DNA of 32,000 nt from Candidatus Nitrosopumilus koreensis AR1 (GTDB taxonomy: Archaea > Thermoproteota > Nitrososphaeria > Nitrososphaerales > Nitrosopumilaceae). Under the pieces are notes generated by a model that made no database searches, was not told the origin of the DNA, and saw only the letters and a list, made by a program, of their open reading frames with translations. Shown here piece by piece: positions 15,781-24,326 of the stretch (its first letter is position 1; the number at the start of each line of letters is the position of its first letter). The stretch covers positions 420,001 to 452,000 of the forward strand of contig NC_018655.1 of assembly GCF_000299365.1 (NCBI RefSeq). The letters are read 5' to 3'. The position numbers and the translations under genes are program-made.

Positions 15781-15811
15781 AACTATTGTGTTTCTATATA
15801 GAACAATAGTT
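15781..15811. promoter_or_regulatory. Copy 2 of the TTTCTATATAGAAC box (15791-15804), nested in a 9-bp inverted repeat AACTATTGT...ACAATAGTT, upstream of the DUF47-PiT operon
   Basis: Read directly. It lies 52 nt upstream of ATG 15856. Confidence 0.45.
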
Positions 15812-15855
15812 TGTATGTTGACTACCCTTAACACTAATTCAATATTCCATGTATC

Positions 15856-16485
15856 ATGGGACAATGGCTGTCTTGGGTAAAATCCAATGAAAATGAAATT
15901 CTAAAAATTCTAGATGATTTGGCGTCAAAAGCAGTTGAAACTTCTGAAGCACTGGTTGAATATCTAAATGATTTAGGGAATTTAGAAAAAATGGAAAAAA
16001 TTCGTCGACTAGAAAGCGAAGGCGATGAATACACTCGTGAGATCTTTGCTGAACTAAACAAAACCTTCATCACTCCTTTAGATCGTGAAGACATGCAAAG
16101 AATAGCATCAAAAATTGATGATGTTATTGATTTTATTGATGGAATTGCTGCTAGATTATACAGCTACAAAATTGAAACTCCTCCTGCATTTACTAAAGAC
16201 ATGATTGAAGAACTCTCTAAGGCTACAAAAGAAGTTCAATACATGGTATCAAAACTAAGACGTATGAAAAACCCTCAAGACATGATCAACCACTGTAGAA
16301 ATACAAGCGATATTGAACACAAGGTTGATGATCTCTATAGAGATGCAATAAGAGAGTTGTTTGAAAGCAATGATGCAATCCATATCATAAAGCTAAAAGA
16401 TATCTATGAATCCATAGAAACTGCTTCTGATAGATGTGTTGATGTAGCAGATGTGGTTGAAGATATTGTTCTGAAATACACATAG
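15856..16485 (+). CDS. DUF47 / PhoU-like phosphate-transport regulator family protein
   Basis: The family-typical motif ITPLDREDM, two helical halves, and a position directly upstream of a PiT transporter. Confidence 0.85.
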   Translation: MGQWLSWVKSNENEILKILDDLASKAVETSEALVEYLNDLGNLEKMEKIRRLESEGDEYTREIFAELNKTFITPLDREDMQRIASKIDDVIDFIDGIAARLYSYKIETPPAFTKDMIEELSKATKEVQYMVSKLRRMKNPQDMINHCRNTSDIEHKVDDLYRDAIRELFESNDAIHIIKLKDIYESIETASDRCVDVADVVEDIVLKYT

Positions 16486-16493
16486 GTGTTGGA

Positions 16494-17486
16494 ATGTTAG
16501 AGATAGCAATAGGTGCAATAATCGTTGCCTTAATCTTTGATTTTGTTAACGGATTCAACGATTCTGCTAACTCTGTTGCAACAGTAATTGGAACTCGTGT
16601 TCTCAAACCTATTCAGGCAGTCACATTATCTGCTGTCGCAAATTTTGTTGGACCTTTTATTTTTGGTGTTGCCGTAGCATCTACTATTGCAAAAGGAATT
16701 GTCAGTATGGATGACATTACAATCTACATGATAATCGGTGGACTTGCAGGTGCAATTACTTGGAGTACACTCTGTACTTACTTTGGATTGCCAATATCAA
16801 ACAGTCACTCACTTGTTGGTGGGATAATGGGTGCAGGAATTGCAGGATTGGGTTTTGAAAAACTAGTTTATGGTGGGTTGACCAAAATTTTTGCAGGAAT
16901 TGTTATTGCACCGATAGGTGGCATTATTTTTGGTTTATTACTTACTGGATTGATAATTACAATCTTTGCAAGCAGGCGGCCTGCAATTGTTAACAAAACT
17001 TTTGGTAAATTACAAATAATTTCTTCAGGTTGGTTTGCTTTGACACATGGTGCAAATGATGGACAAAAAACCATGGGAATCATTGTCTTGATTTTAGTCT
17101 CAACAGGATATCTAGATGGATTTGAAATGCCTATTTGGGTGATTCTTGCTGCTGCCTCTGCAATGGGATTGGGAACTTTCTTTGGAGGTTACAAAGTAAT
17201 CAAGACACTTGGTGTTAAAGTTGCAAGATTAAGACCTTACCAAGGATTTTGTGCTGAAACTGGTGGTGGTCTAATGCTTGCAATATTTGCTTATTTTGGA
17301 ATTCCTGCAAGTACTACTCATGCAATTACTGGAACTATCATGGGCTCAGCAGCTGCAAGAAGAAAACGTGCTGTAAGATGGAAGGTAGGTAAACAAATCA
17401 TTTATGCATGGATTATCACAATACCTGGTGCAGCGGCATTTGGAATTGGATTCACTTACTTGATTCATCTTTTCATATCTGTCTAA
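16494..17486 (+). CDS. pit: Inorganic phosphate transporter, PiT family
   Basis: PHO4/PiT signatures GFNDSANSVAT and HGANDGQKTMG. A polytopic membrane protein. Confidence 0.9.
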   Translation: MLEIAIGAIIVALIFDFVNGFNDSANSVATVIGTRVLKPIQAVTLSAVANFVGPFIFGVAVASTIAKGIVSMDDITIYMIIGGLAGAITWSTLCTYFGLPISNSHSLVGGIMGAGIAGLGFEKLVYGGLTKIFAGIVIAPIGGIIFGLLLTGLIITIFASRRPAIVNKTFGKLQIISSGWFALTHGANDGQKTMGIIVLILVSTGYLDGFEMPIWVILAAASAMGLGTFFGGYKVIKTLGVKVARLRPYQGFCAETGGGLMLAIFAYFGIPASTTHAITGTIMGSAAARRKRAVRWKVGKQIIYAWIITIPGAAAFGIGFTYLIHLFISV

Positions 17487-17530
17487 TTCTTTTAATTTTT
17501 ATTCAAGCAAAAATTGGCTGAAATATTCAA

Positions 17531-18616
17531 ATGGATATACTGCAACTAATTCAATCTAATCTTCTTACTCCGATAATCCTCTTCTTCTTGTTTGGAATTA
17601 TTGCAGCACGAATAAAATCTGATTTGAAAATTCCTGAGGCAATTTCTGAATTCTTACCACTCTATCTTCTTGCAGCAATTGGTCTTCATGGTGGAATAGA
17701 GATGAGAAATACTGGATTTGAAAACATGTTAATTCCAATGTTTGTTGCAATTGGACTTTCATTATTGTTTACATTAAATCACTATCAAATTCTAAAAAGA
17801 CTGGGAAAATTCAACCTCTTTGATTCTTATGCACTTGCATCAACTTATGGTGCAGTTGGTGCAGTACACTTTTCTGTTGGGTTATCATTTTTGAAAAATC
17901 ATGGGGTGACTTCTGAAGGATATATTGCAGCAATTCTTGCAGTGTTGGAGCCTCTTGCATTCATTTTGGCAATATTTATGACAAATATGGCAGTATCAAA
18001 ACAGATCAAAGCAAAAAAACAATCGTTTGCAAGTGATGATTCTGTAGAAATTGATGTTGGGTTAAATCAAACAAAGACAAAACTCTCTAAAGTACTGCAT
18101 GAATCTATTACTGGAAAAGCAATTGTAATTCTTCTTGGCAGTATCGTGATTGGATACATCATAGGCGAAGAAGGATTTGAGTCAATCAAGATTGTATTTG
18201 ATGATATGTTTACTGGGGCAATAGTGATTTTCATGATTGAAATGGGAATCATAGCTGGTCAAAGACTCGATGATATTAAAAAAGTAGGCATTTTCCTTAC
18301 TGCATTTGCCATAGTCATACCGTTATTCAATGGAACAATTGGTGTTCTGGTTTCAACTGCACTGGGATTAAGTGTAGGCGGGGCAGTAATGTTTGGATTG
18401 TTGATGGCAAGTGCATCATTTATTGCGGCCCCAGCAGTTTTGCGTCATGCAATTCCGCAAGCAAAACCAAGTTTGTATATTACATCCGCATTAGGAATAA
18501 CGTTTCCATTCAATATCATTGTCACATTACCCATCCTGTTTGCCATATCTACTATGGTTCATACTGGGGAAGGGGCGATAGACTTATTCCATTATGTCTC
18601 TGAGGTATTTTCATGA
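17531..18616 (+). CDS. sbtA: SbtA-family sodium-dependent bicarbonate transporter-like permease
   Basis: The N-terminus LLTPIILFFLFGIIAARIKSDLKIPEAISEFLPLYLLAAIGLHGGIEM closely parallels cyanobacterial SbtA, recalled from memory. It is followed by a PII-like gene. Confidence 0.75.
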   Translation: MDILQLIQSNLLTPIILFFLFGIIAARIKSDLKIPEAISEFLPLYLLAAIGLHGGIEMRNTGFENMLIPMFVAIGLSLLFTLNHYQILKRLGKFNLFDSYALASTYGAVGAVHFSVGLSFLKNHGVTSEGYIAAILAVLEPLAFILAIFMTNMAVSKQIKAKKQSFASDDSVEIDVGLNQTKTKLSKVLHESITGKAIVILLGSIVIGYIIGEEGFESIKIVFDDMFTGAIVIFMIEMGIIAGQRLDDIKKVGIFLTAFAIVIPLFNGTIGVLVSTALGLSVGGAVMFGLLMASASFIAAPAVLRHAIPQAKPSLYITSALGITFPFNIIVTLPILFAISTMVHTGEGAIDLFHYVSEVFS

Positions 18617-18915
18617 AACTATACGATGTTAAACTGCTTACAATCACTTGTGAGATTTTAGCACAAGAAAATATTATTGAAATTCTCAAAAAACATGAAA
18701 TCACTGGATATACAACATATGAAGTTGATGGAAATGGCACTCGTGGTTTACGTGGACAGGGATTAAAAAATGAAAAGAATGTTAAAGTCGAAGTGATTAT
18801 GAGGGAAGAAAAACTACAAGATGTTGTAGAAGAAATATCTAGAACTCTTTTTGCAAATTTTGCTATAGTGCTTTATGTTAGTGATGTTGGCGTACTAAGA
18901 CCTGAGAAATTTTAA
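18613..18915 (+). CDS. sbtB: SbtB-like PII-superfamily signalling protein
   Basis: ATGA overlap with sbtA. 100 aa with a PII-like layout (KLLTITCEILAQENIIEILKKHEITGYT..GNGTRG..VKVEVIM..) matching the SbtB pattern. Confidence 0.7.
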   Translation: MKLYDVKLLTITCEILAQENIIEILKKHEITGYTTYEVDGNGTRGLRGQGLKNEKNVKVEVIMREEKLQDVVEEISRTLFANFAIVLYVSDVGVLRPEKF

Positions 18916-19211
18916 CAACAAGAATCATCTGAACATAAAACTGGAATCTTTTTGCTTGCACTTGTAACATTTGATATGAGTTCTGATAGTTGATTGCTTG
19001 AAATTGCATACATTGCCTTTTTTCCTTCATCTCTTGACTTTACAATTCCACACTTTTTGAGTGTCTTGAGATGGTGTGACACTAGTGGTTGATCTTTTTC
19101 TAACTTTTCAACAAAATCATTTACGCATAGTTCCTTATTTTTTTGCAATAATTCTAAAATCTCAAATCTAGTCTCGTCACAGATACATTTTAAGAGATTG
19201 ACTCCATTCAT
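18912..19211 (-). CDS. arsR: ArsR/SmtB-family metalloregulator
   Basis: HTH TRFEILELL...ELCVNDFVEKL...VSHHLKTLKKCGIV. There are Cys clusters at the N-terminus (CIC) and C-terminus (CSDDSCC). It is divergent from arsC. Confidence 0.85.
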   Translation of the reverse strand: MNGVNLLKCICDETRFEILELLQKNKELCVNDFVEKLEKDQPLVSHHLKTLKKCGIVKSRDEGKKAMYAISSNQLSELISNVTSASKKIPVLCSDDSCC

Positions 19212-19222
19212 ATCAATCTAAA

Positions 19223-19245
19223 TTTATATAAACTAATATTTATGT
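19223..19245. promoter_or_regulatory. Back-to-back TATA boxes in the 40-bp arsR/arsC intergenic region (palindromic TTTATATAAA 19223-19232 and ATATTTATG 19237-19245)
   Basis: Each box is centred about 25 nt from the ATG of the gene it faces, which implies leaderless divergent transcripts. Spacing argument only. Confidence 0.4.
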
Positions 19246-19251
19246 GATAGT

Positions 19252-19650
19252 ATGGAAAATGTACTGTTTGTCTGCGTAGAAAATGCTGGTAGGAGTCAAA
19301 TGGCTGAAGCCTTTTTTAGAAAATATGCTCCTGCAAAATTCAATGTAATTAGTGCAGGCACTGTTCCTTCCTCTCAACTGAATCCTATGGTTGTTCAAGT
19401 AATGAAAGAAGTTGGAATTGACATGACACAACAATCCCCAAAATCATTATCAAACGAAATGATTGAAAACTCTTCAAAAACAATCAACATGGGTTGTATG
19501 GATAAGGAATCATGTCCTGCGTTATTTGTAGATGATGTTCTTGATTGGAATATATCTGATCCTAAAGAAAAGTCCATTGATGATGTTAGAGAAATCCGCG
19601 ATCAAATTTTAAAAAAAGTTTTACAATTAATCCAATCCCTTGAGAAATAA
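19252..19650 (+). CDS. arsC: Arsenate reductase, LMW-PTP (thioredoxin-coupled) type
   Basis: P-loop C8-VENAG-R14-S plus a downstream Cys pair (C82, C88), as in the Staphylococcus pI258 ArsC class. Confidence 0.9.
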   Translation: MENVLFVCVENAGRSQMAEAFFRKYAPAKFNVISAGTVPSSQLNPMVVQVMKEVGIDMTQQSPKSLSNEMIENSSKTINMGCMDKESCPALFVDDVLDWNISDPKEKSIDDVREIRDQILKKVLQLIQSLEK

Positions 19651-19653
19651 ACA

Positions 19654-20337
19654 ATGTCTTATTCTAATTTACAAATTTTTATTGTGGAGTTAATTGGAAC
19701 TTTTATTCTTGTTGTGTTTGCAACAGGTTCTATTGTTTTTGATGCTGAATTCTTTGACGGGGAATTGGGAATTCCATTTGCCGCAATAGCACCATTTGTT
19801 GCATTGCTAATTGGTGTGTATTCTTTTGGTAAAATCTCTCTAGCCCATTTTAATCCTGCAGTAACAATTGGATATTATATCACAGGACACATTACAAAAG
19901 TTCAAGTTGTTTATTATTTTGCAGCAGAAATTATTGGTGCATTATTAGGTGCTCTATTTGTTTTGAACGTCATTGGAGACAAAGCAAATCTTGGTGCCAA
20001 TGCTCCAAACTACGATTTTTCATTATCATTAATTTTCCCAGTTGAGGTTTTAGCATCTGCTATGCTTATGGGTGTAATCTTCTATGTAGTGTATACCAAA
20101 GGACTAAGAGGATTTAGTGGTGTTGCAATTGGTGGCATAGTTGGATTGGATATTTTGTTTTTAGCATTTATTTCGGGCGCATCAATGAATCCTGCAAGAT
20201 CTTTGGCACCTGCTCTGCTTTCTGGTGTACTGGATGATTTATGGCTATATTGGACTGCTCCTTTTGTTGGAACCGCAATTGTGGCATTTTTGTTTCGTGG
20301 AAAATTTCACGCCCAAAGAACATCAAATTACGAATAA
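19654..20337 (+). CDS. MIP-family channel (aquaporin/aquaglyceroporin), a likely arsenite conduit in this context
   Basis: Two NPA motifs (HFNPAVT, SMNPARS) and six hydrophobic segments. It starts 4 nt after the arsC stop. Confidence 0.9.
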   Translation: MSYSNLQIFIVELIGTFILVVFATGSIVFDAEFFDGELGIPFAAIAPFVALLIGVYSFGKISLAHFNPAVTIGYYITGHITKVQVVYYFAAEIIGALLGALFVLNVIGDKANLGANAPNYDFSLSLIFPVEVLASAMLMGVIFYVVYTKGLRGFSGVAIGGIVGLDILFLAFISGASMNPARSLAPALLSGVLDDLWLYWTAPFVGTAIVAFLFRGKFHAQRTSNYE

Positions 20338-20359
20338 TAATGACCAAAATTATTGCTAA

Positions 20360-21637
20360 ATGTTGAAAAATTCTAAGTTATTCTCAGATGCAAAAAAAGT
20401 AACCCCTTCAGGTGTTAATAGTCCTGTTAGATATTTTGAACCATATCCGTTCTTCACAAAAAAAGCAAATGGTGCATACATTTGGGATGCTGATAATCGA
20501 AAATTAATTGATTTTTGTAATGGCTATGGTGCGTTGCTTTTAGGGCACAGAAGAAAAGAGATCATTGATTCTGTTTCAAAGCAACTTGCAAAAGGTACTC
20601 TTTATTGTACTCCGACAGAAGCTGAAACTGAACTAGCAAAATTAATCATTGGTAATTTTCCATCAATTGACAAAGTCAGATTAATGAATACTGGCGGTGA
20701 AGCCACAATGACTGCAATCAGATTGGCGCGTGGATTTACAAAAAAGAAAAAAATTATCAAATTTGAAGGATGTTATCATGGTGCTCATGATTCTGTTTTG
20801 GTAAAAGCTGGATCAGGATCTGCACATAACGGTATTTCAGTTTCTGATGGTGGATTAGATGAAGTATCAAAGAATACTTTGGTGGTTCAATACAATAACA
20901 TTGAAGATTTACAAAAAACAATTCAAAAAAACAAAGACGTTGCAGGTGTGATTGTTGAACCTATACTAGCTAACATGGGATTGATTCTTCCTGAAAAAAA
21001 TTTTCTGTCTGACTTAAGAAAAATCACAAAAGAAAACAACATTCCGTTAATCTTTGATGAAGTGGTTACAGGGTTCAGGGTTGCTCCTGGTGGTGCACAA
21101 GAATACTTTGGAATAAAACCTGATCTTACTACCTTAGCAAAAGCACTAAGCAATGGGTTTACTATTTCTGCAGTAGGTGGCAAAAAAGAGATAATGGACT
21201 TGCTTTCTCCTGGAGGAAAAGTCTATCAGGCAAGCACATTTGCTGGAAATCCTATCTCTGTTAACGCTGCTATTTCTTCAATTAAGACCATAAACAAACT
21301 TAAAAACAAACTCTATTCTAAACTTGAGAGATTCAATCTTCTGTTCTCTACTGCTCTAGATGATGTGGCAACTGACATGAAAATTCCACACCAAATCAAT
21401 TTTGCAGCCTCAATGTTCCAGATTTTCTTTACAAACAAACCTGTCACAAATTATGAGACCTCAAAGAAAGCAAACGCAAAAAAATTCCAAAAGTTGTTTA
21501 GAATCTTGCTTAAAAAAGGAATATTCATAGCTCCTTCCCAATTTGAAGTTGTTTTTTTGTCAGATGCTCACACTGAAAACGATCTAAACAAAACACTTGA
21601 CGCATATCATTCTGCACTAAAATCGGTGAAAAATTGA
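20360..21637 (+). CDS. hemL: Glutamate-1-semialdehyde 2,1-aminomutase
   Basis: GVNSPVR, FEGCYHGAHD, and the class-III aminotransferase layout. Confidence 0.95.
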   Translation: MLKNSKLFSDAKKVTPSGVNSPVRYFEPYPFFTKKANGAYIWDADNRKLIDFCNGYGALLLGHRRKEIIDSVSKQLAKGTLYCTPTEAETELAKLIIGNFPSIDKVRLMNTGGEATMTAIRLARGFTKKKKIIKFEGCYHGAHDSVLVKAGSGSAHNGISVSDGGLDEVSKNTLVVQYNNIEDLQKTIQKNKDVAGVIVEPILANMGLILPEKNFLSDLRKITKENNIPLIFDEVVTGFRVAPGGAQEYFGIKPDLTTLAKALSNGFTISAVGGKKEIMDLLSPGGKVYQASTFAGNPISVNAAISSIKTINKLKNKLYSKLERFNLLFSTALDDVATDMKIPHQINFAASMFQIFFTNKPVTNYETSKKANAKKFQKLFRILLKKGIFIAPSQFEVVFLSDAHTENDLNKTLDAYHSALKSVKN

Positions 21638-22569
21638 AGTATGTTGTAGGAGCTAGAGGAAGTCAACTATCAGTTGCTCAAACAAATTGGGTTATTGCTG
21701 AATTAAAAAAAACAAATCCTGATACAGAGTATGAAATTAAAACAATTACAACAAAAGGTGATACTGACAGTAGACCCTTATTTACAATAGATCAGAAAGG
21801 AATTTTTGAAAAAGAGATTGATAGAGCAGTGGCTCAAAAAGAAGTTGATTTTGCAGTTCATAGTCTAAAGGATGTTCCATCTGAATTAGATGAAAACTTG
21901 ATTCTAGCTTGTATTCCAAAACGTGAAGTGGTAAATGATGTGTTTATTTCTCCAGATGGAACTACTCTTGATTCAATAAAATCTGGTGCAGTGATTGGAA
22001 CAAGTTCACTCAGACGAGCAGTCCAAGTATCTAGAAAAAGATCTGATGTAACAGTAAAACCAATTAGAGGCAACATTGAGACTAGAATTAAAAAAATATC
22101 TGGGGAAAGTTATGATGCGATTGTTCTTGCAAAGGCAGGAATCTCTAGACTTGGAATTGATGTAAAGTACACTGAATTGTCTACTGATGAATTTTCTCCC
22201 TCTCCAGGGCAAGGTGCAATTGCAATAGTTGCAAGAGCCGATGACTCTAAAACAATTCAAATGCTCAAAACAATTGAAGATTCTGATTCTCGTTTAGAGA
22301 TTGAGGCAGAACGCGCATTATCTGACTATGTTGATTCTGGATGTAGATTCCCTGTTGGTGCATACGCAAAATCTAGTGGGGATAAGATAACTCTAATTGT
22401 TACTGCATTTTCTGTTGATGGGAAAAAAGCTCTACATGTAACCAAAACAGGTGATAAAAATAATCCAAAATCTATTGGCCATAGTGCTGGAGAAGAACTT
22501 CGCAAGAAAGGAGTAAATGATCTTGCATTAAATTGGAGGGAAAAAGTGGAGGAATGGAATAAGACATGA
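21634..22569 (+). CDS. hemC: Hydroxymethylbilane synthase (porphobilinogen deaminase)
   Basis: GARGSQLSVAQT, HSLKDVP, GTSSLRR, RGNIETR. A TTG start overlaps the hemL stop. Confidence 0.95.
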   Translation: MKYVVGARGSQLSVAQTNWVIAELKKTNPDTEYEIKTITTKGDTDSRPLFTIDQKGIFEKEIDRAVAQKEVDFAVHSLKDVPSELDENLILACIPKREVVNDVFISPDGTTLDSIKSGAVIGTSSLRRAVQVSRKRSDVTVKPIRGNIETRIKKISGESYDAIVLAKAGISRLGIDVKYTELSTDEFSPSPGQGAIAIVARADDSKTIQMLKTIEDSDSRLEIEAERALSDYVDSGCRFPVGAYAKSSGDKITLIVTAFSVDGKKALHVTKTGDKNNPKSIGHSAGEELRKKGVNDLALNWREKVEEWNKT

Positions 22570-23306
22570 CAGGAAAAGTGTATCTTGTTGGAGCTGGACC
22601 CGGAGACAGTAAATTAATTACACTCAGAGCAGTTGAATTACTCAAAAAAGCAGATGTTGTTTTGTATGATAGACTGGTTAGCAAAAAAATAATCTCAATG
22701 ATTCCAAAAAAAGTAGAAAAGGTCTACGTAGGTCGTGCAGTGGGTGATGACACAACTCATCAAAACACAACAAATGACTTGATGGTAAAATATGCAAAAT
22801 CAAAAAAGAATGTGATTAGACTAAAGGGAGGTGATCCTATAATTTTTGGACGCGGTGGGGAAGAAGCAGAATTTCTCAAAGAAAACAAAGTAAAATATGA
22901 AATTGTTCCTGGAATTACATCTGGAATTGGCTCTGCCACTTATGCTGGAATTCCTCTTACTCATCGAAAACATGCATCATCAGTAGTATTTGTGACTGGT
23001 CATGAAGATCCTGAAAAGAAACAGGAGATTGTGAAATGGAAAAGACTTGCAAAGTCTGTTGATACTATAGTTATCATGATGGGGTTATCTAGAATTGATA
23101 TTATTTGTAAGCAACTCATTGCAGGTGGAATGGATAAAAAAACACCTGTTGCAGTAATTCAAAATGGAACTACTCCTAAACAAAAAATGATCAAAGGAAC
23201 TGTTACTAATATTGCAAAAAAAGTCAAAGAAAATAAAATAACTCCTCCTTCTAACATTATTATCGGTAATGTTGTTGATTTGTCGGAAACTATTGGGTGG
23301 AAATAA
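22566..23306 (+). CDS. cobA: Uroporphyrinogen-III C-methyltransferase (SUMT)
   Basis: VYLVGAGPGD, VVLYDRLV, RLKGGDPIIFGRGGEE, VPGITS. Confidence 0.9.
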   Translation: MTGKVYLVGAGPGDSKLITLRAVELLKKADVVLYDRLVSKKIISMIPKKVEKVYVGRAVGDDTTHQNTTNDLMVKYAKSKKNVIRLKGGDPIIFGRGGEEAEFLKENKVKYEIVPGITSGIGSATYAGIPLTHRKHASSVVFVTGHEDPEKKQEIVKWKRLAKSVDTIVIMMGLSRIDIICKQLIAGGMDKKTPVAVIQNGTTPKQKMIKGTVTNIAKKVKENKITPPSNIIIGNVVDLSETIGWK

Positions 23307-24109
23307 TGCTTGATGGAAAAACTATTGCAATCACTCGTTCACGAGACGATTCTGCTGAATTCATTTCACTTGCTGAGCAAAACAATGCAACTCCCATACC
23401 ATTACCTACCATTGAACTTGTAAGCAAAGGTGAAAAAATTGTTGATGAATTTCTAGACTCTGTTAAAACTTACAATCCTGATTATTCTGTTTTTATGAGT
23501 TCTAAAGCAGTGAAATTACTATTTGATACTGCAAAAGAGTTAGGAAAACTAGAAACACTACAATTGGCAATTGCAAACACAATTGTTATTTCAGTTGGTC
23601 CAAAAACTACCATTGCTCTTGAAGCACAAGGAATTAAAGTCAATCATCATCCTTCAGAAACATTTTCCTCTGTAGGTGTTGGAGAATTATTTACACAACT
23701 CAACGCAGTTGGCAAAAAAGTCATTGTTCCAAGAAGTGGTGCATCTACTCCATTTCTAAAGGAGTTGCTCAACAAAATTGGAATTGATGTTTTTGAAATT
23801 CATTTGTACGATGTTTGTGCATTTAGAGATACTTCTCAATGGAACGAATTCAGAGAATTATTCTCCCAAAACAAGATTGATGGTGTTGTGTTTACCAGTG
23901 CCTCTTCAGTTAGAGGATTTTTTGAAATAATGACTAAAGATTATGATAAAAATACTCTATTGGATAATCTTGAAAAACTTTCTGTAGTTTCTATTGGGCC
24001 ATTCACTTCAGATGAATTAAAAAAATTCAAAGTCAAAAATACTGTGGCTGAAGTTCATACTGTTGCAGGTGCATTTGATGCAATGAAAAACACTCTAACT
24101 GTTGCATAA
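23306..24109 (+). CDS. hemD: Uroporphyrinogen-III synthase
   Basis: HemD-like size and pattern (IAITRSR...). It follows hemC and SUMT with a TAATG overlap. The track alternative start is GTG 23297. Confidence 0.8.
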   Translation: MLDGKTIAITRSRDDSAEFISLAEQNNATPIPLPTIELVSKGEKIVDEFLDSVKTYNPDYSVFMSSKAVKLLFDTAKELGKLETLQLAIANTIVISVGPKTTIALEAQGIKVNHHPSETFSSVGVGELFTQLNAVGKKVIVPRSGASTPFLKELLNKIGIDVFEIHLYDVCAFRDTSQWNEFRELFSQNKIDGVVFTSASSVRGFFEIMTKDYDKNTLLDNLEKLSVVSIGPFTSDELKKFKVKNTVAEVHTVAGAFDAMKNTLTVA

Positions 24110-24326
24110 TTAATGATCAAATTCTAATACTTTGAAATATTTTTCATAACCTGGAATATGAAATTAAAAAGAATATCCATATCACATGTCCTCATTGTGA
24201 AAAATCAACTGTGACTGAAATTGAACTTGAGCTAGAAATAGAAGAAAAGAAAAAGAATGACAAAAAGAAAGAAAAGAAAAAAGACAAAAAACAAAAGAAA
24301 CTACTAAAAAATATTAACAACAAACT

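Noticed and set aside
13342-16094. Shadow ORFs 13342..13620, 13354..13644, 14031..14354, 15568..15864 and 15834..16094
   Set aside because: Each is nested in or antisense to a well-supported gene (ABC permease, secreted repeat protein, DUF47) and shows no motif of its own.
18912-18915. Overlapping stop codons of convergent sbtB and arsR (TTAA)
   Set aside because: It is real, but it is a packing curiosity and not a feature. It is mentioned only within the oxyanion-cluster finding.
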